Source of the DNA: Polyangiaceae bacterium
GTDB taxonomy: Bacteria; Myxococcota_A; Polyangia; Polyangiales; Polyangiaceae
Assembly: GCA_033763455.1 (NCBI GenBank)
Contig: JANRKO010000082.1
Location: 1-64,000 of the forward strand
Reading direction: 5' to 3'
DNA: 64,000 nt
Below are positions 28,081 through 36,756 of the stretch, piece after piece. The notes beneath the pieces were generated by a model, which saw nothing but the letters and a program-made list of their open reading frames with translations, had not been told where the DNA came from and made no database searches. A program made the position numbers and the translations under genes. Each line of letters opens with the position of its first letter. Positions within the stretch are counted from its first letter, which is position 1.

Positions 28081-29057
28081 CGAATTGGGACGAGGCCGTC
28101 GCACCAGAGGTAGAGCGCTTTGCTGAAGCACTCCTGGATTCCGCGACAGCGGATGCTCCGAGCGACGCAGCATTCCGCCGGACTGCTGCGGTCCTTGGTC
28201 TAGGGTCTTTGTTGGGGAGTGGAGCTCTATTGGTTTCGGGGGCGGCTCGGGCCTCCTCCGGTATGTTTGCAAAAGTTGGTGCAACCACGGTGGCCACGAG
28301 CCAGGGAAGTGCCGCGGCAGCGGGTTCCACCTTGGTCTTGGCCAAGTGGGCGGGTACAGGCCTTCTCGTGGGGATCACGACGGTGGGGGTTTCTCAGGCG
28401 GTATTCCCACGAGATCCCGCTTCGGAGCTGTCGGCACCGGTGGTGTTGATGAGCCCTTCGGTGCAGGCGCCGGCCCTTTCGGTGAGGCGGCTGCACGGGC
28501 GAGCTTTCAGCCATGCGCCGCCTGAGGTGGCAGCAGCTGCGCCAAGTCAAGCTCCTTCGGAATTGGAAGTGGAGGCAGTTGTCCCGGCGGTTAGAGCGGA
28601 ATCACGGAGTTCCGCGCAGTTGCGCTCTCAGGCTAACGCCAAGTCTGCGAGTGAGAATCACGTGGCTGATGTTGTGAGTGCGAGCCTTGCCAGTGTTGAG
28701 AGCCTGCATCTTAGTGCTCCAGCGGGCGAGGGAGTGGGGGGGCTCGGCAAGGATGCGCATGCGGGGGCGGGGCCCTCTCGGTCCCACGGTATGGTTGAGA
28801 AGAGTGCCGGCGTAGGGCTGCCTGTTGCGCAGGCTGCGTTCGCGGCGCCGCCGAAGTCGGTTGGTAACGCTTTTGCCCCAACCGATGGATTGCAAGAAGA
28901 AGTGCGCCTGGTGGACGCGTTGCGCGCTGCCGTCGTGCGGCGCGATGAGTGGTCTTTGTGGGCGCTACTTACGAAGTATGATCGGGAGCATCCCCGTGGT
29001 GAGCTCAGAGCCGAAGTGGCGGCGATTCGGGCCAGGGCATTAAGCGGTTCCCGTTAG
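28077..29057 (+). CDS. Putative anti-sigma factor (single TM, Ala/Ser-rich, C-terminal helical motif)
   Basis: ATGA overlap with the ECF gene; KWAGTGLLVG TM segment; LQEEVRLVDALR...HPRGELRAE. Confidence 0.6.
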   Translation: MTNWDEAVAPEVERFAEALLDSATADAPSDAAFRRTAAVLGLGSLLGSGALLVSGAARASSGMFAKVGATTVATSQGSAAAAGSTLVLAKWAGTGLLVGITTVGVSQAVFPRDPASELSAPVVLMSPSVQAPALSVRRLHGRAFSHAPPEVAAAAPSQAPSELEVEAVVPAVRAESRSSAQLRSQANAKSASENHVADVVSASLASVESLHLSAPAGEGVGGLGKDAHAGAGPSRSHGMVEKSAGVGLPVAQAAFAAPPKSVGNAFAPTDGLQEEVRLVDALRAAVVRRDEWSLWALLTKYDREHPRGELRAEVAAIRARALSGSR

Positions 29058-29072
29058 AGCGCGCGAGCCTTC

Positions 29073-30482
29073 ATGTCGGCTAAATCCAGAGCACTAGGCC
29101 TGTTGGCCGTCTCGTGCCTGATGCCCGCGTGCAGCAGTGCGGAGCATTTCGTAGATATTGGGCTTCCTCGTTCTGGCGGAATTGTTGGCTCAGGGGGAGC
29201 AGTTGGAGGCGGTGGCGCTCCTTCAGAGGCGTCGGGTGGCACGGCCTCGTTCCCTTCGGTGCCTGTGAGCACCACGGAACGCAGCTGGGCGAGTCCTCCA
29301 AAGCCTGGTGAAACGCTACCGGGCCTGTGTGACCCAAAGGCCGGCGAAGATGCTCAGGCTCCTTTGGGCATCAGCTCCGCTGAGTTGGCCACGCGGCTTT
29401 CAAAGCTTTTCTGGAACATCGCCCCCCCAGATTATCTCCTACCAGATGCCGAGAAGCGCAATCTGCGAACGCTGGGCGATGCGGCGTGTTTTGCCCAGGG
29501 GATGTTGAATGATCCGCGTTCGGCCGCTGGTGTCTCGCACTTCTTCCTCGATTGGCTCGATCACGGCGCCCTCCCTAACCTTGCCAAAGACGCCTCCCTA
29601 TACCCCAATTTTACGGCTGAAACGGCCGTTGCCGCGAGAGCTGCGGCGCAGGCCTTTATCGGCCACGTCTTCTTTCCCGATCCATCAATGGCCCCGCAGC
29701 CCGCCCCGCTCATGGCCTTGCTTACCGCCAAGTTCGGCTATGTGAATCAAGCTTTGTCCCAGACGCTCGGGGTTCCCTCGAGCTCGGCCAACCTCGAATT
29801 CGTCGAAGTCCTGCCTCAGGATCGCCTCGGCTTGCTCGGCCAACCGTACTTTGCAATGGTGGAGTCCAGCGCCACTTCCAGCTCCCCCACACGGAGAGGG
29901 AATCGAATCGGGCAAAGCTTCCTGTGCACGAACCTGCCGCCACCGCCGATGGGAGTAATCACCACGGCCCCAGCGCCGGATCCCTCCCTCACTACACGCC
30001 AAGCCTTCGAGGCGAAGCACACTAGCAATCCGGCGTGCATGGCGTGTCATCAACTCATGGATGAGCCAGGCTTTGCTTTTGAACATTTTGATGCCGTAGG
30101 CACCTACCGCACAGTGGAAGCAAACAAGCCTGTAGACACTGCTGTGTCGCTTCCGAGCTATCGGTTCTTACAGTGGTCGTTTGGGCCAGATAAAGCCGCA
30201 GGTCACGCAGGGTTTGCGCAACTATTAGCCAAGAGCGAGCAAGTGCGAGCGTGCCTTTCGGCGCGCTGGATCGCGCATTCGGAAGCCGTAATTTGGGATA
30301 AGGCAACACCGAAACTACCCAGTGAGGTGGATCCTCAGTCGATTGCCTATGTGCTTCGGCGCGGCAGGTATTCAGCAGATACAACAGGCCCGCTTGATTT
30401 GAACTACTTCGATCTCAAGCAGATGATGCTGGCCGTAGTTGAACTGCCGACTACTTACGCTGCAGCGGCCTCTTTGCGCTGA
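29073..30482 (+). CDS. DUF1592/DUF1588 domain lipoprotein with a c-heme motif
   Basis: Lipobox MPAC; ELATRLSKLFWNIAP, RLGLLGQP, SSPTRRG, CMACH, PGFAFEHFDAVGTYR. Confidence 0.85.
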   Translation: MSAKSRALGLLAVSCLMPACSSAEHFVDIGLPRSGGIVGSGGAVGGGGAPSEASGGTASFPSVPVSTTERSWASPPKPGETLPGLCDPKAGEDAQAPLGISSAELATRLSKLFWNIAPPDYLLPDAEKRNLRTLGDAACFAQGMLNDPRSAAGVSHFFLDWLDHGALPNLAKDASLYPNFTAETAVAARAAAQAFIGHVFFPDPSMAPQPAPLMALLTAKFGYVNQALSQTLGVPSSSANLEFVEVLPQDRLGLLGQPYFAMVESSATSSSPTRRGNRIGQSFLCTNLPPPPMGVITTAPAPDPSLTTRQAFEAKHTSNPACMACHQLMDEPGFAFEHFDAVGTYRTVEANKPVDTAVSLPSYRFLQWSFGPDKAAGHAGFAQLLAKSEQVRACLSARWIAHSEAVIWDKATPKLPSEVDPQSIAYVLRRGRYSADTTGPLDLNYFDLKQMMLAVVELPTTYAAAASLR

Positions 30483-30643
30483 CACATGCCGGTGTCACGC
30501 GAAGATTATGCATTTGAAGTGATCACGCCGGCGCCACGAAGACATGTACTCAACAGGATACGCGTGCGGCGGCAGCTGAAGATGGGCTTCACCTTACCGC
30601 CGTAATCCTGTCCTGTCGTTCACGTTTTAGTTTGGGAGGCAAT

Positions 30644-30955
30644 ATGTCAATTGTTATTGAAGACGTCGCCAGGCACTGGAACCTCACCCCTATGGAGTGC
30701 GAGGTCGTGCGCATGCTCATCGCAGGTTCGCCGAACAGCGTGATTGGCCGGTCGCTTTGCCGTTCCGTTAAGACGGTGGAGGCCCACATCACCAAGGTCC
30801 TCAAGAAGGCTGGGTGTCAAAATCGGATCTCGCTAATTGTGAAAGCCATGGCGCTGTCGTCACACTCCTCCGGGACGATCGATATGCGCGGCATCAGCCT
30901 TCCCGACGTGAGGGAGTTGGAGCCGGTTCGTGAGCTAGAGGCTGCGTGCGCCTAA
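30644..30955 (+). CDS. Small LuxR-type HTH regulator
   Basis: GGAGG RBS; LTPMECEVVRMLIAGSPNSVIGRSLCRSVKTVEAHITKVLKK. Confidence 0.85.
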   Translation: MSIVIEDVARHWNLTPMECEVVRMLIAGSPNSVIGRSLCRSVKTVEAHITKVLKKAGCQNRISLIVKAMALSSHSSGTIDMRGISLPDVRELEPVRELEAACA

Positions 30956-31083
30956 CCGTTTAGTTTCTCATTGCGAGACGAGGCGCGCCAAGTGCCGGGG
31001 GGGCATACTCGCAATTTTGACTGGCAAGGCGTTTCGAGTCAGCTAGCGTTCTTGCACGCTGTCGCTGCCTCGGAAAACTGGAT

Positions 31084-31971
31084 ATGGCTGAAGGTCCTTA
31101 TACTCCGCCTCATGTCTCCGCCTTGCCGAGCATCCCGCCTATCGCACAAGATGCGCGTGCGAACAGCACTCAAGAGTTAGCAAGGAGCGGTTGGTTCTTG
31201 AAGGTGCGAGTCGGCGTCTTGCTCTTGGTTCTGGCATCGGTGTCAGCTTGGGGCGTGTGGGATGCTCACGTTCGTAAGGCGCGAACGGCTTGGCGTCGCC
31301 CGCTTCAAGTAGCTTTCGTATTGGTCCAGCAAGGGGCCGTACCGGAGCCTGCCGTCCAGGCACTTAAAGCGCGCATTGCTACCCTGGAGTCCCATCTCGC
31401 GAACGAAATGCGTCGATATCGGAGTGAGCCCAGCGTTCCCTTTCGCATTTCCGTATTCGGCCCGGCGCCCGCCCCAGCCAAGCTTCCAGATCCCGAGCAA
31501 CAGGACGTCTTCGATCTTCTCCGTTTCAACTATGATCTTTGGCGCTTCGCGTACGGTGTCGACGCAGCGCTCGATATCGAATCTTCGCGTTTCGATTCTC
31601 GCGTGTATTTGATTCTGCGAGAGGCAGCGAATCGTGATCGGAATTTCGTTGAAGGGTTCAGCCAGAGTGGCGGGCGGCTGGGCGTCGTTTCGGTGGAGCT
31701 AGACACCAGTATGGTGGATTTTGGATTGTTCGTGGCCACGCACGAGCTCTTGCACACGCTTGGTGCTAGCGACAAGTACACGGCAGACGGCGTGGCCATG
31801 GTCCCGCAGGGCCTGGCTGAACCTTGGAAAGTGCCGCTCTACCCACAGCGTTATGCTGAAGTGATGGCCCGCCATGTGCCGCTCTCGAGCACCGAAGATG
31901 TTCCGCCGGGGTCCCTCGATGAGCTTGCTATTGGTTTGTATACAGCGCAGGAAATTGGCTGGCTGCGCTAG
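31084..31971 (+). CDS. Membrane-anchored zinc metallopeptidase (metzincin-like)
   Basis: N-terminal TM; HELLHTLGASD (HExxHxxGxxD); downstream EVMA as candidate Met-turn; start uncertain. Confidence 0.65.
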   Translation: MAEGPYTPPHVSALPSIPPIAQDARANSTQELARSGWFLKVRVGVLLLVLASVSAWGVWDAHVRKARTAWRRPLQVAFVLVQQGAVPEPAVQALKARIATLESHLANEMRRYRSEPSVPFRISVFGPAPAPAKLPDPEQQDVFDLLRFNYDLWRFAYGVDAALDIESSRFDSRVYLILREAANRDRNFVEGFSQSGGRLGVVSVELDTSMVDFGLFVATHELLHTLGASDKYTADGVAMVPQGLAEPWKVPLYPQRYAEVMARHVPLSSTEDVPPGSLDELAIGLYTAQEIGWLR

Positions 31972-32262
31972 AGTCACCGCGGCTACCCAAGCCGCAGAAT
32001 AGTACGCGAAAGTACCACCCATGCGGCGTGCTGGATGGAGTGCTGAAATAGAGCGAAACTTTCCGTCCTCACTTCGATTGTTTCACTGCTCAACGCTCAC
32101 GACGAAAAAAGGCGTCTGACGTGGAATGGAATCGCATCTAGCGTTAACAGTCTTTGTTGCACGCTCCCTCTCAATCGCGTTAAAGCTAAAGGCGTTCGGA
32201 CATGTGCTTACGCCACTGTCCTTGAGCACCCCACCCCAAAAAACGGATAAGGCAATAGCACG

Positions 32263-33000
32263 GTGAAGCTCACCCACCTCACAGCCCTTGGCCTTTGTGC
32301 AACAGCGCTCGGCGCCGCATATGGCTGCTCCAGCCCCGAGGCAGAGCGTCAACCGATCTATGCTAATGCCAATAGCGGAGGCACCACAGGCACTACAGGA
32401 GGCAAGGCTGGTACGGGTGGTTCAATGCAGGCGATGACGGGAACTGGGGGCAAGGTAATCAACGTAGGCAGTGGGGGCGCGAGCGGCACTGGTGGGAACA
32501 AGGCTGTGGGCACAGGTGGAACGCCCGCGGCGATGGGTGGCACCTCGAGCGGTGCGGGTGGCGGGAACAACAATAATACGGGTGGTAAGTCGGGCGGAAC
32601 CGGCGGTGGGAATACGGGTGGGGGCAACAATGCGAATACTGGCGGCGGGGGAGCGGTGGATTGCACGACACCGACAGCAGCGATCGTTGCGGCAATCCTC
32701 AAGGCGCAAGGCTGCGACGGATGTCATAAGCCCGACAACGCCAATCACCCCGATGTTTTCACCACTGCTACTGGCCTCGACGCGGTTGCGCAAGGAGAAG
32801 TTTCCGACGAGGGGTGTGGTGCTGGCGTGGTGATTTCGCCTGGAGATGCCATGATGAGTGGCCTTTATCGCCGCATTGCTGCAACGGACGTGGCAAATTG
32901 CGGGCGAATGCCGAGGGTTGACGGTGCGGTGGGCTCAGCGTTCACTCCATCGGAGCTAGCTTGCGTAGCCGCTTGGATCAACAGCTTGACGCCGCCGTGA
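32263..33000 (+). CDS. Monoheme c-type cytochrome lipoprotein with Gly-rich stalk
   Basis: Lipobox AYGC, long G/T/N linker, CDGCH, ISPGD...GRMP...ELACVAAWINSL. Confidence 0.75.
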   Translation: MKLTHLTALGLCATALGAAYGCSSPEAERQPIYANANSGGTTGTTGGKAGTGGSMQAMTGTGGKVINVGSGGASGTGGNKAVGTGGTPAAMGGTSSGAGGGNNNNTGGKSGGTGGGNTGGGNNANTGGGGAVDCTTPTAAIVAAILKAQGCDGCHKPDNANHPDVFTTATGLDAVAQGEVSDEGCGAGVVISPGDAMMSGLYRRIAATDVANCGRMPRVDGAVGSAFTPSELACVAAWINSLTPP

Positions 33001-33180
33001 GCGCGGCGCGTCCCCAAGGTATTGAGAAGTTGTCGGGTGTTTCGTTTCGGGTGTTTGCTATTGTTGCCACGCGTTCGGCACCAGCTGTCGAACGCATGCG
33101 GTCAGCGCGCGCCCTTCGCACGAAAGCCGGCGTGAAAATGCCTTGATAGCTTCGAGTTGCTCTGCCAATATTCCACCACT

Positions 33181-33933
33181 ATGAAACGCGCGTTCCTTGT
33201 TATCGTTGCCGTGCTTCCTCTAGCGTTGGGGGCCGGGTCTTGCTCGGATGATGCAGGCAATTCCGGTCGCACCCGTCCGGTGTTAACCGGTACTGGTGGC
33301 GGCTCCACCGGTGGGGTACTCGGGGTGGGTGGCACGTCAAACTCTGGAGGCGCGAAAGCAAGCGGAGGCTCCGCGACGGGTGGGTTAGGTGGTACTGTCG
33401 GCAGCGGTGGCACAATGAACAGCACTGGCGGGGTAGCAAACACCGGTGGTGCGGCAGGGAGCGTCATGTGCAGTTCGGGCATGGTGACGCCGGATCTCAC
33501 CAATTGCGACGCAACCAAGCTTGCCGAATTCTTTAAGGCTGGGCGCAAATGTGAAAATTGTCACTTTCAACCTGACTCTTCGAACCTCCAGTGCGAGAAC
33601 AGACTTCACGAGTTCGATACTGTTGCAGGCCTGAATGGGCTTGTCGGGCGCGTTACCATGAAAGGAAAGTTGGCCACGTGCGCGATTAGAAAAATAGTGG
33701 ACCCAGGCAACCCCGAGGGGAGCCTGTTGTATGTGATGTTGAAAGGCACACCTCCTGAAGGGTGCGGAGCTCAAATGCCCAAGCCAGAAGGGGCGCGCCC
33801 GCAGTGCACATTGACCACGAATGAGTTGAAGTGTGTGGCGGACTGGATCAATAGTCTGCCTCCCGTTGCCGCTGGCGGCGCTGGCGGCGCTAGCGGCGCT
33901 GGCGGCGCTAGCTGTGAGGGTGTTGTTCAATAG
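33181..33933 (+). CDS. Monoheme c-type cytochrome lipoprotein, paralog of the preceding gene
   Basis: Lipobox AGSC, Gly-rich linker, CENCH, VDPGNPEGSLLY...AQMP...ELKCVADWINSL. Confidence 0.75.
   Translation: MKRAFLVIVAVLPLALGAGSCSDDAGNSGRTRPVLTGTGGGSTGGVLGVGGTSNSGGAKASGGSATGGLGGTVGSGGTMNSTGGVANTGGAAGSVMCSSGMVTPDLTNCDATKLAEFFKAGRKCENCHFQPDSSNLQCENRLHEFDTVAGLNGLVGRVTMKGKLATCAIRKIVDPGNPEGSLLYVMLKGTPPEGCGAQMPKPEGARPQCTLTTNELKCVADWINSLPPVAAGGAGGASGAGGASCEGVVQ
33871..33912 (+). repeat. 9-bp tandem coding repeat GCTRGCGGC
   Basis: Four full units plus a partial unit, encoding AGGAGGASGAGGAS. Confidence 0.8.
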
Positions 33934-34015
33934 TTCTCGTGGTATCCCGGCGCCTCCGGCGGCGAGATTCACTGGGCGGAATGTCTCCAGTTGGGGACTG
34001 CCGCACCGGACTCTG

Positions 34016-36079
34016 CTAGCGAAACACTGAGATGGCGTTCCCTCCCGCGACGGCAAGGGTGCCTCCGTCTCCAGAGAGCGCACATAACCGGCCGAAAGCG
34101 CCACCCGCGCTAGATGCCTTGACGTAGGCTTGCGCGACCCAGGTGCTGCCAGAGCGGGCGAGGACGTATGCCGCTCCGCTGCCCAACGCATCGTTGTTGC
34201 TTTGGTTGCCGTTGATGCCTGTCGCATTGCTATCCTCCCCTGAAGCGCAAGCCACGAGGGTATCTCCATTGTTTGAGAGCGCTACACTTCCTCCGAATCC
34301 GTCTCCCGCGCCGAGGTTGGACGCCTTGAGATACGCTCCCTGATTCCACACGTTGTTGGCGCGCGCATACACGTAGACTGCACCGCTTCCCGCCGCGCCA
34401 TTGTTCGTTGGATCACCGTTGCTGTCCTCTCCAGATGCGCCAACAGCCAAGGTCGCTCCGTCTTGAGAGAGCGAGAGCGAGCTACCGAAGTTATCCCCCG
34501 CTCCCGTGTTGGAGGCTTTGAGGTAGGCCTGCTGCGCCCATGCTTCGCCGCTACGAGCGAACAAATACACCGCGCCGCTCGCCGCCGCAGAGTTGTCCGT
34601 CTGGCTGCCGTTGCCAGGATTGACGCCGATTGCAGCGCCCGCTTCGGCGGGGGCCCCAACAGCTAACGTGGCGCCGTCCGCGGACAATCCCAGGGCACCC
34701 CCGAAGAAGTCGCCCGCCCCCGCGTTTGAAGCTTTTAGGTAGGCCTGCTGGGTCCACGTATTGGTTGCACGCGCGAAGACATACACGGCACCGCTTCCCT
34801 CCATACTGTTGTCTGTCTGGCTGCCATTTACGCCGGAACTGGCCTCATCCTGCGCAGTGACGGCCAAGAAAGATCCATGCTGAGACAGCGTGACCGTAGT
34901 CCCGAAGCGGTCGAAACCCTCCGTGTTCGACGCCTTGACATATGCTTGCTGGGTCCATGCATTGCCCGTACGAGTGAAGACGTACGCAGCACCGGCGGCG
35001 AGGGCGCTGTTGTCGCCTTGGCTTCCGTTGACACCTTTGGCTGCGCTGTCCTCTGCGGGTGCTCCCACCGCTAACGTGTCGCCGTTGCCCGATAGCGAGA
35101 CCGAGAAACCGAAAAAATCCACAGGTTCGGTGTTCGAGCCCCTTAAGTAGGCCTGCTGGCTCCAGGTGGTTCCGGAACGAGTGAACACGTAGACGGCGCC
35201 GCTGTAGTCGTCCAGTGTCGCGTTGCTGCTATCCTGAAACGCTCCGACGGCTAGCGTGCTGCCATCATTTGAGAGCGCAACTGCATCGCCGAATTCATAG
35301 GCGGCCGCATTCGAAGCCTTAACATACGCCTCCTGACTCATCCCGCGATTCACGGTTAGCGTGTAATTCTGGCTCGGATGACCATCTTGGCTCACCACAA
35401 TTGTGATCGCGTTGGCGCTGAGGTTCAGAACGGGCGACGTCCAGCTTGCACCGGAAATGACAGCCTGACCCGCGATTGTCACCTTTGCGTCCGTTGGTAC
35501 GGTCGGAGTCAACGTGATTGTCTGCGCGCCGAGGCCAACTGCGGCCGAGTAAACGGTTACATCAGCGCTCAATGCTGGAGTTAAGGTTCCGCTCGATAGT
35601 GTCAATGCGGTCAAGGTCGGGGTGCACGCCGTGGCGCCTGTGCCGATGTAACCGGGAGGGCAAGCTCCGCAGGTTGGAGCCGCGCCCACGTTGTCTGTGC
35701 AAGTTGCTAGTGGGTCGCAACCGCCGTGGTTGGTGCTGCATGCCTCCGCCCCCACGCTTCCACCTCCAGCGCCGCCCGAAGGGTTCGATACCGAACCGCC
35801 CGCTCCAGCAAGGCTTCCTGCGCCCGCTGTCGATCCGGTGCCGCCCACCGTAGCTTCGCCCCCTCCGGTTCCCATCCCGCTCTGCCCAGCCGCGGACATC
35901 CCCGATGAGCCTCCACTCTTAGGCGAGGCCGGGCACGTGTACGTGGTGGCGCAGTCGGTAAACCCATCATCACAGGCCCCGGTGAGCCACAGAGCGTTCG
36001 CTGCGGCGCCAGCGAGAAGCCAGATTCGGGTTTTGGACGTGAATTTCAGGAAGGAGGCTTTGGTCATCTTGGTCCCCAT
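34016..36079 (-). CDS. Surface lipoprotein: EGF-like + cadherin-like beta-sandwich + seven FG-GAP (integrin-alpha-like) repeats
   Basis: Lipobox TGAC; Cys-rich CSTNHGGCDPLATC...CPPGYIG; LTLSSGTLTP...YTLTV; seven AY[V/L][K/R][A/G]S...FG units, most with LAVGA/GAVYVF. Confidence 0.85.
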   Translation of the reverse strand: MGTKMTKASFLKFTSKTRIWLLAGAAANALWLTGACDDGFTDCATTYTCPASPKSGGSSGMSAAGQSGMGTGGGEATVGGTGSTAGAGSLAGAGGSVSNPSGGAGGGSVGAEACSTNHGGCDPLATCTDNVGAAPTCGACPPGYIGTGATACTPTLTALTLSSGTLTPALSADVTVYSAAVGLGAQTITLTPTVPTDAKVTIAGQAVISGASWTSPVLNLSANAITIVVSQDGHPSQNYTLTVNRGMSQEAYVKASNAAAYEFGDAVALSNDGSTLAVGAFQDSSNATLDDYSGAVYVFTRSGTTWSQQAYLRGSNTEPVDFFGFSVSLSGNGDTLAVGAPAEDSAAKGVNGSQGDNSALAAGAAYVFTRTGNAWTQQAYVKASNTEGFDRFGTTVTLSQHGSFLAVTAQDEASSGVNGSQTDNSMEGSGAVYVFARATNTWTQQAYLKASNAGAGDFFGGALGLSADGATLAVGAPAEAGAAIGVNPGNGSQTDNSAAASGAVYLFARSGEAWAQQAYLKASNTGAGDNFGSSLSLSQDGATLAVGASGEDSNGDPTNNGAAGSGAVYVYARANNVWNQGAYLKASNLGAGDGFGGSVALSNNGDTLVACASGEDSNATGINGNQSNNDALGSGAAYVLARSGSTWVAQAYVKASSAGGAFGRLCALSGDGGTLAVAGGNAISVFR

Positions 36080-36186
36080 CGGCAAGTGGCGGGCTCAGTT
36101 GCGGAGTGCCTGAACATAATGGGGGCGTCAACAACCTTGGGTCCCCAAAGCATACTCGCCATGCCCGACTGCTGCTGCCGCGCGGC

Positions 36187-36396
36187 TTATGCGGCCTCTT
36201 CAGCGCTCCTCAGAGTTGGGGCAACGGATGGCTCCACGTAGTCCCGGATTTGAAGCTCCCCGTTCATAGGCAACGCTTGGAGCTTGATGTTGATAGAGCC
36301 GTCGGCGTTCACGAAACCAACGCCTACCTTGTTCCATGTGGAGCGTTGGTGGTGTTCTGTGATGGCGTAAACGAGTTTCATTTTTTGCTTGTTCAT
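36187..36396 (-). CDS. Small conserved-looking beta-rich hypothetical protein (69 aa)
   Basis: VYAITE...WNKVGVGFVNADGSINIKLQALPMNGELQIR; ATG start; own sigma54 promoter upstream. Confidence 0.7.
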   Translation of the reverse strand: MNKQKMKLVYAITEHHQRSTWNKVGVGFVNADGSINIKLQALPMNGELQIRDYVEPSVAPTLRSAEEAA

Positions 36397-36480
36397 GTGT
36401 CTGCTGGATTCGGGGCGAGCGTTTGGTTTTCATGGCCCAGCCGTCACGTAAGCCGTGAATCAACTGGGCAAAGGGGCTTC

Positions 36481-36496
36481 AGCAACGGCCGTGCCA
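36481..36496 (-). promoter_or_regulatory. Sigma54 -24/-12 promoter
   Basis: Minus strand reads TGGCACGGCCGTTGCT, an exact match to TGGCACG-N4-TTGC(T). Confidence 0.8.
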
Positions 36497-36620
36497 CTCG
36501 GAGTGTGGCCTGGGGTCTGGCGAGCCAAGCGCCGGGAAAACCCTAGCTCTGAGGGTGAAAACCCGGCTTGAGCGCCTTCGGAGACCTTTGGCTTGGTTCC
36601 GCAGGTTGAGTGGCGAAAGG

Positions 36621-36660
36621 CTGTCCGATCCTGTTCGACACTGTTCGAACGCTTGGACAG
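36621..36660. repeat. Three CTGTYCGA direct repeats at 10-bp period plus an inverted GGACAG
   Basis: CTGTCCGA 36621, CTGTTCGA 36631, CTGTTCGA 36641; GGACAG 36655-36660. Confidence 0.7.
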
Positions 36661-36756
36661 GCGGGATTTCCCCTAGTCATGCCGGGTGCCCAACATGGGG
36701 GAGGTACCGTTCTCCCGCAGTGCGCGGCCGTGCATTGGGATGGGATGCAGCCGTTC

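Noticed and set aside
36109..36125. GTTCAGG half-match to the Myxococcus LexA box; also GAAC-N7-GTTC at 54135 and GTTC-N6-GTTC at 36633
   Set aside because: The other half-site or the spacing does not fit known LexA consensuses; I saw no convincing box before uvrA or SRAP.
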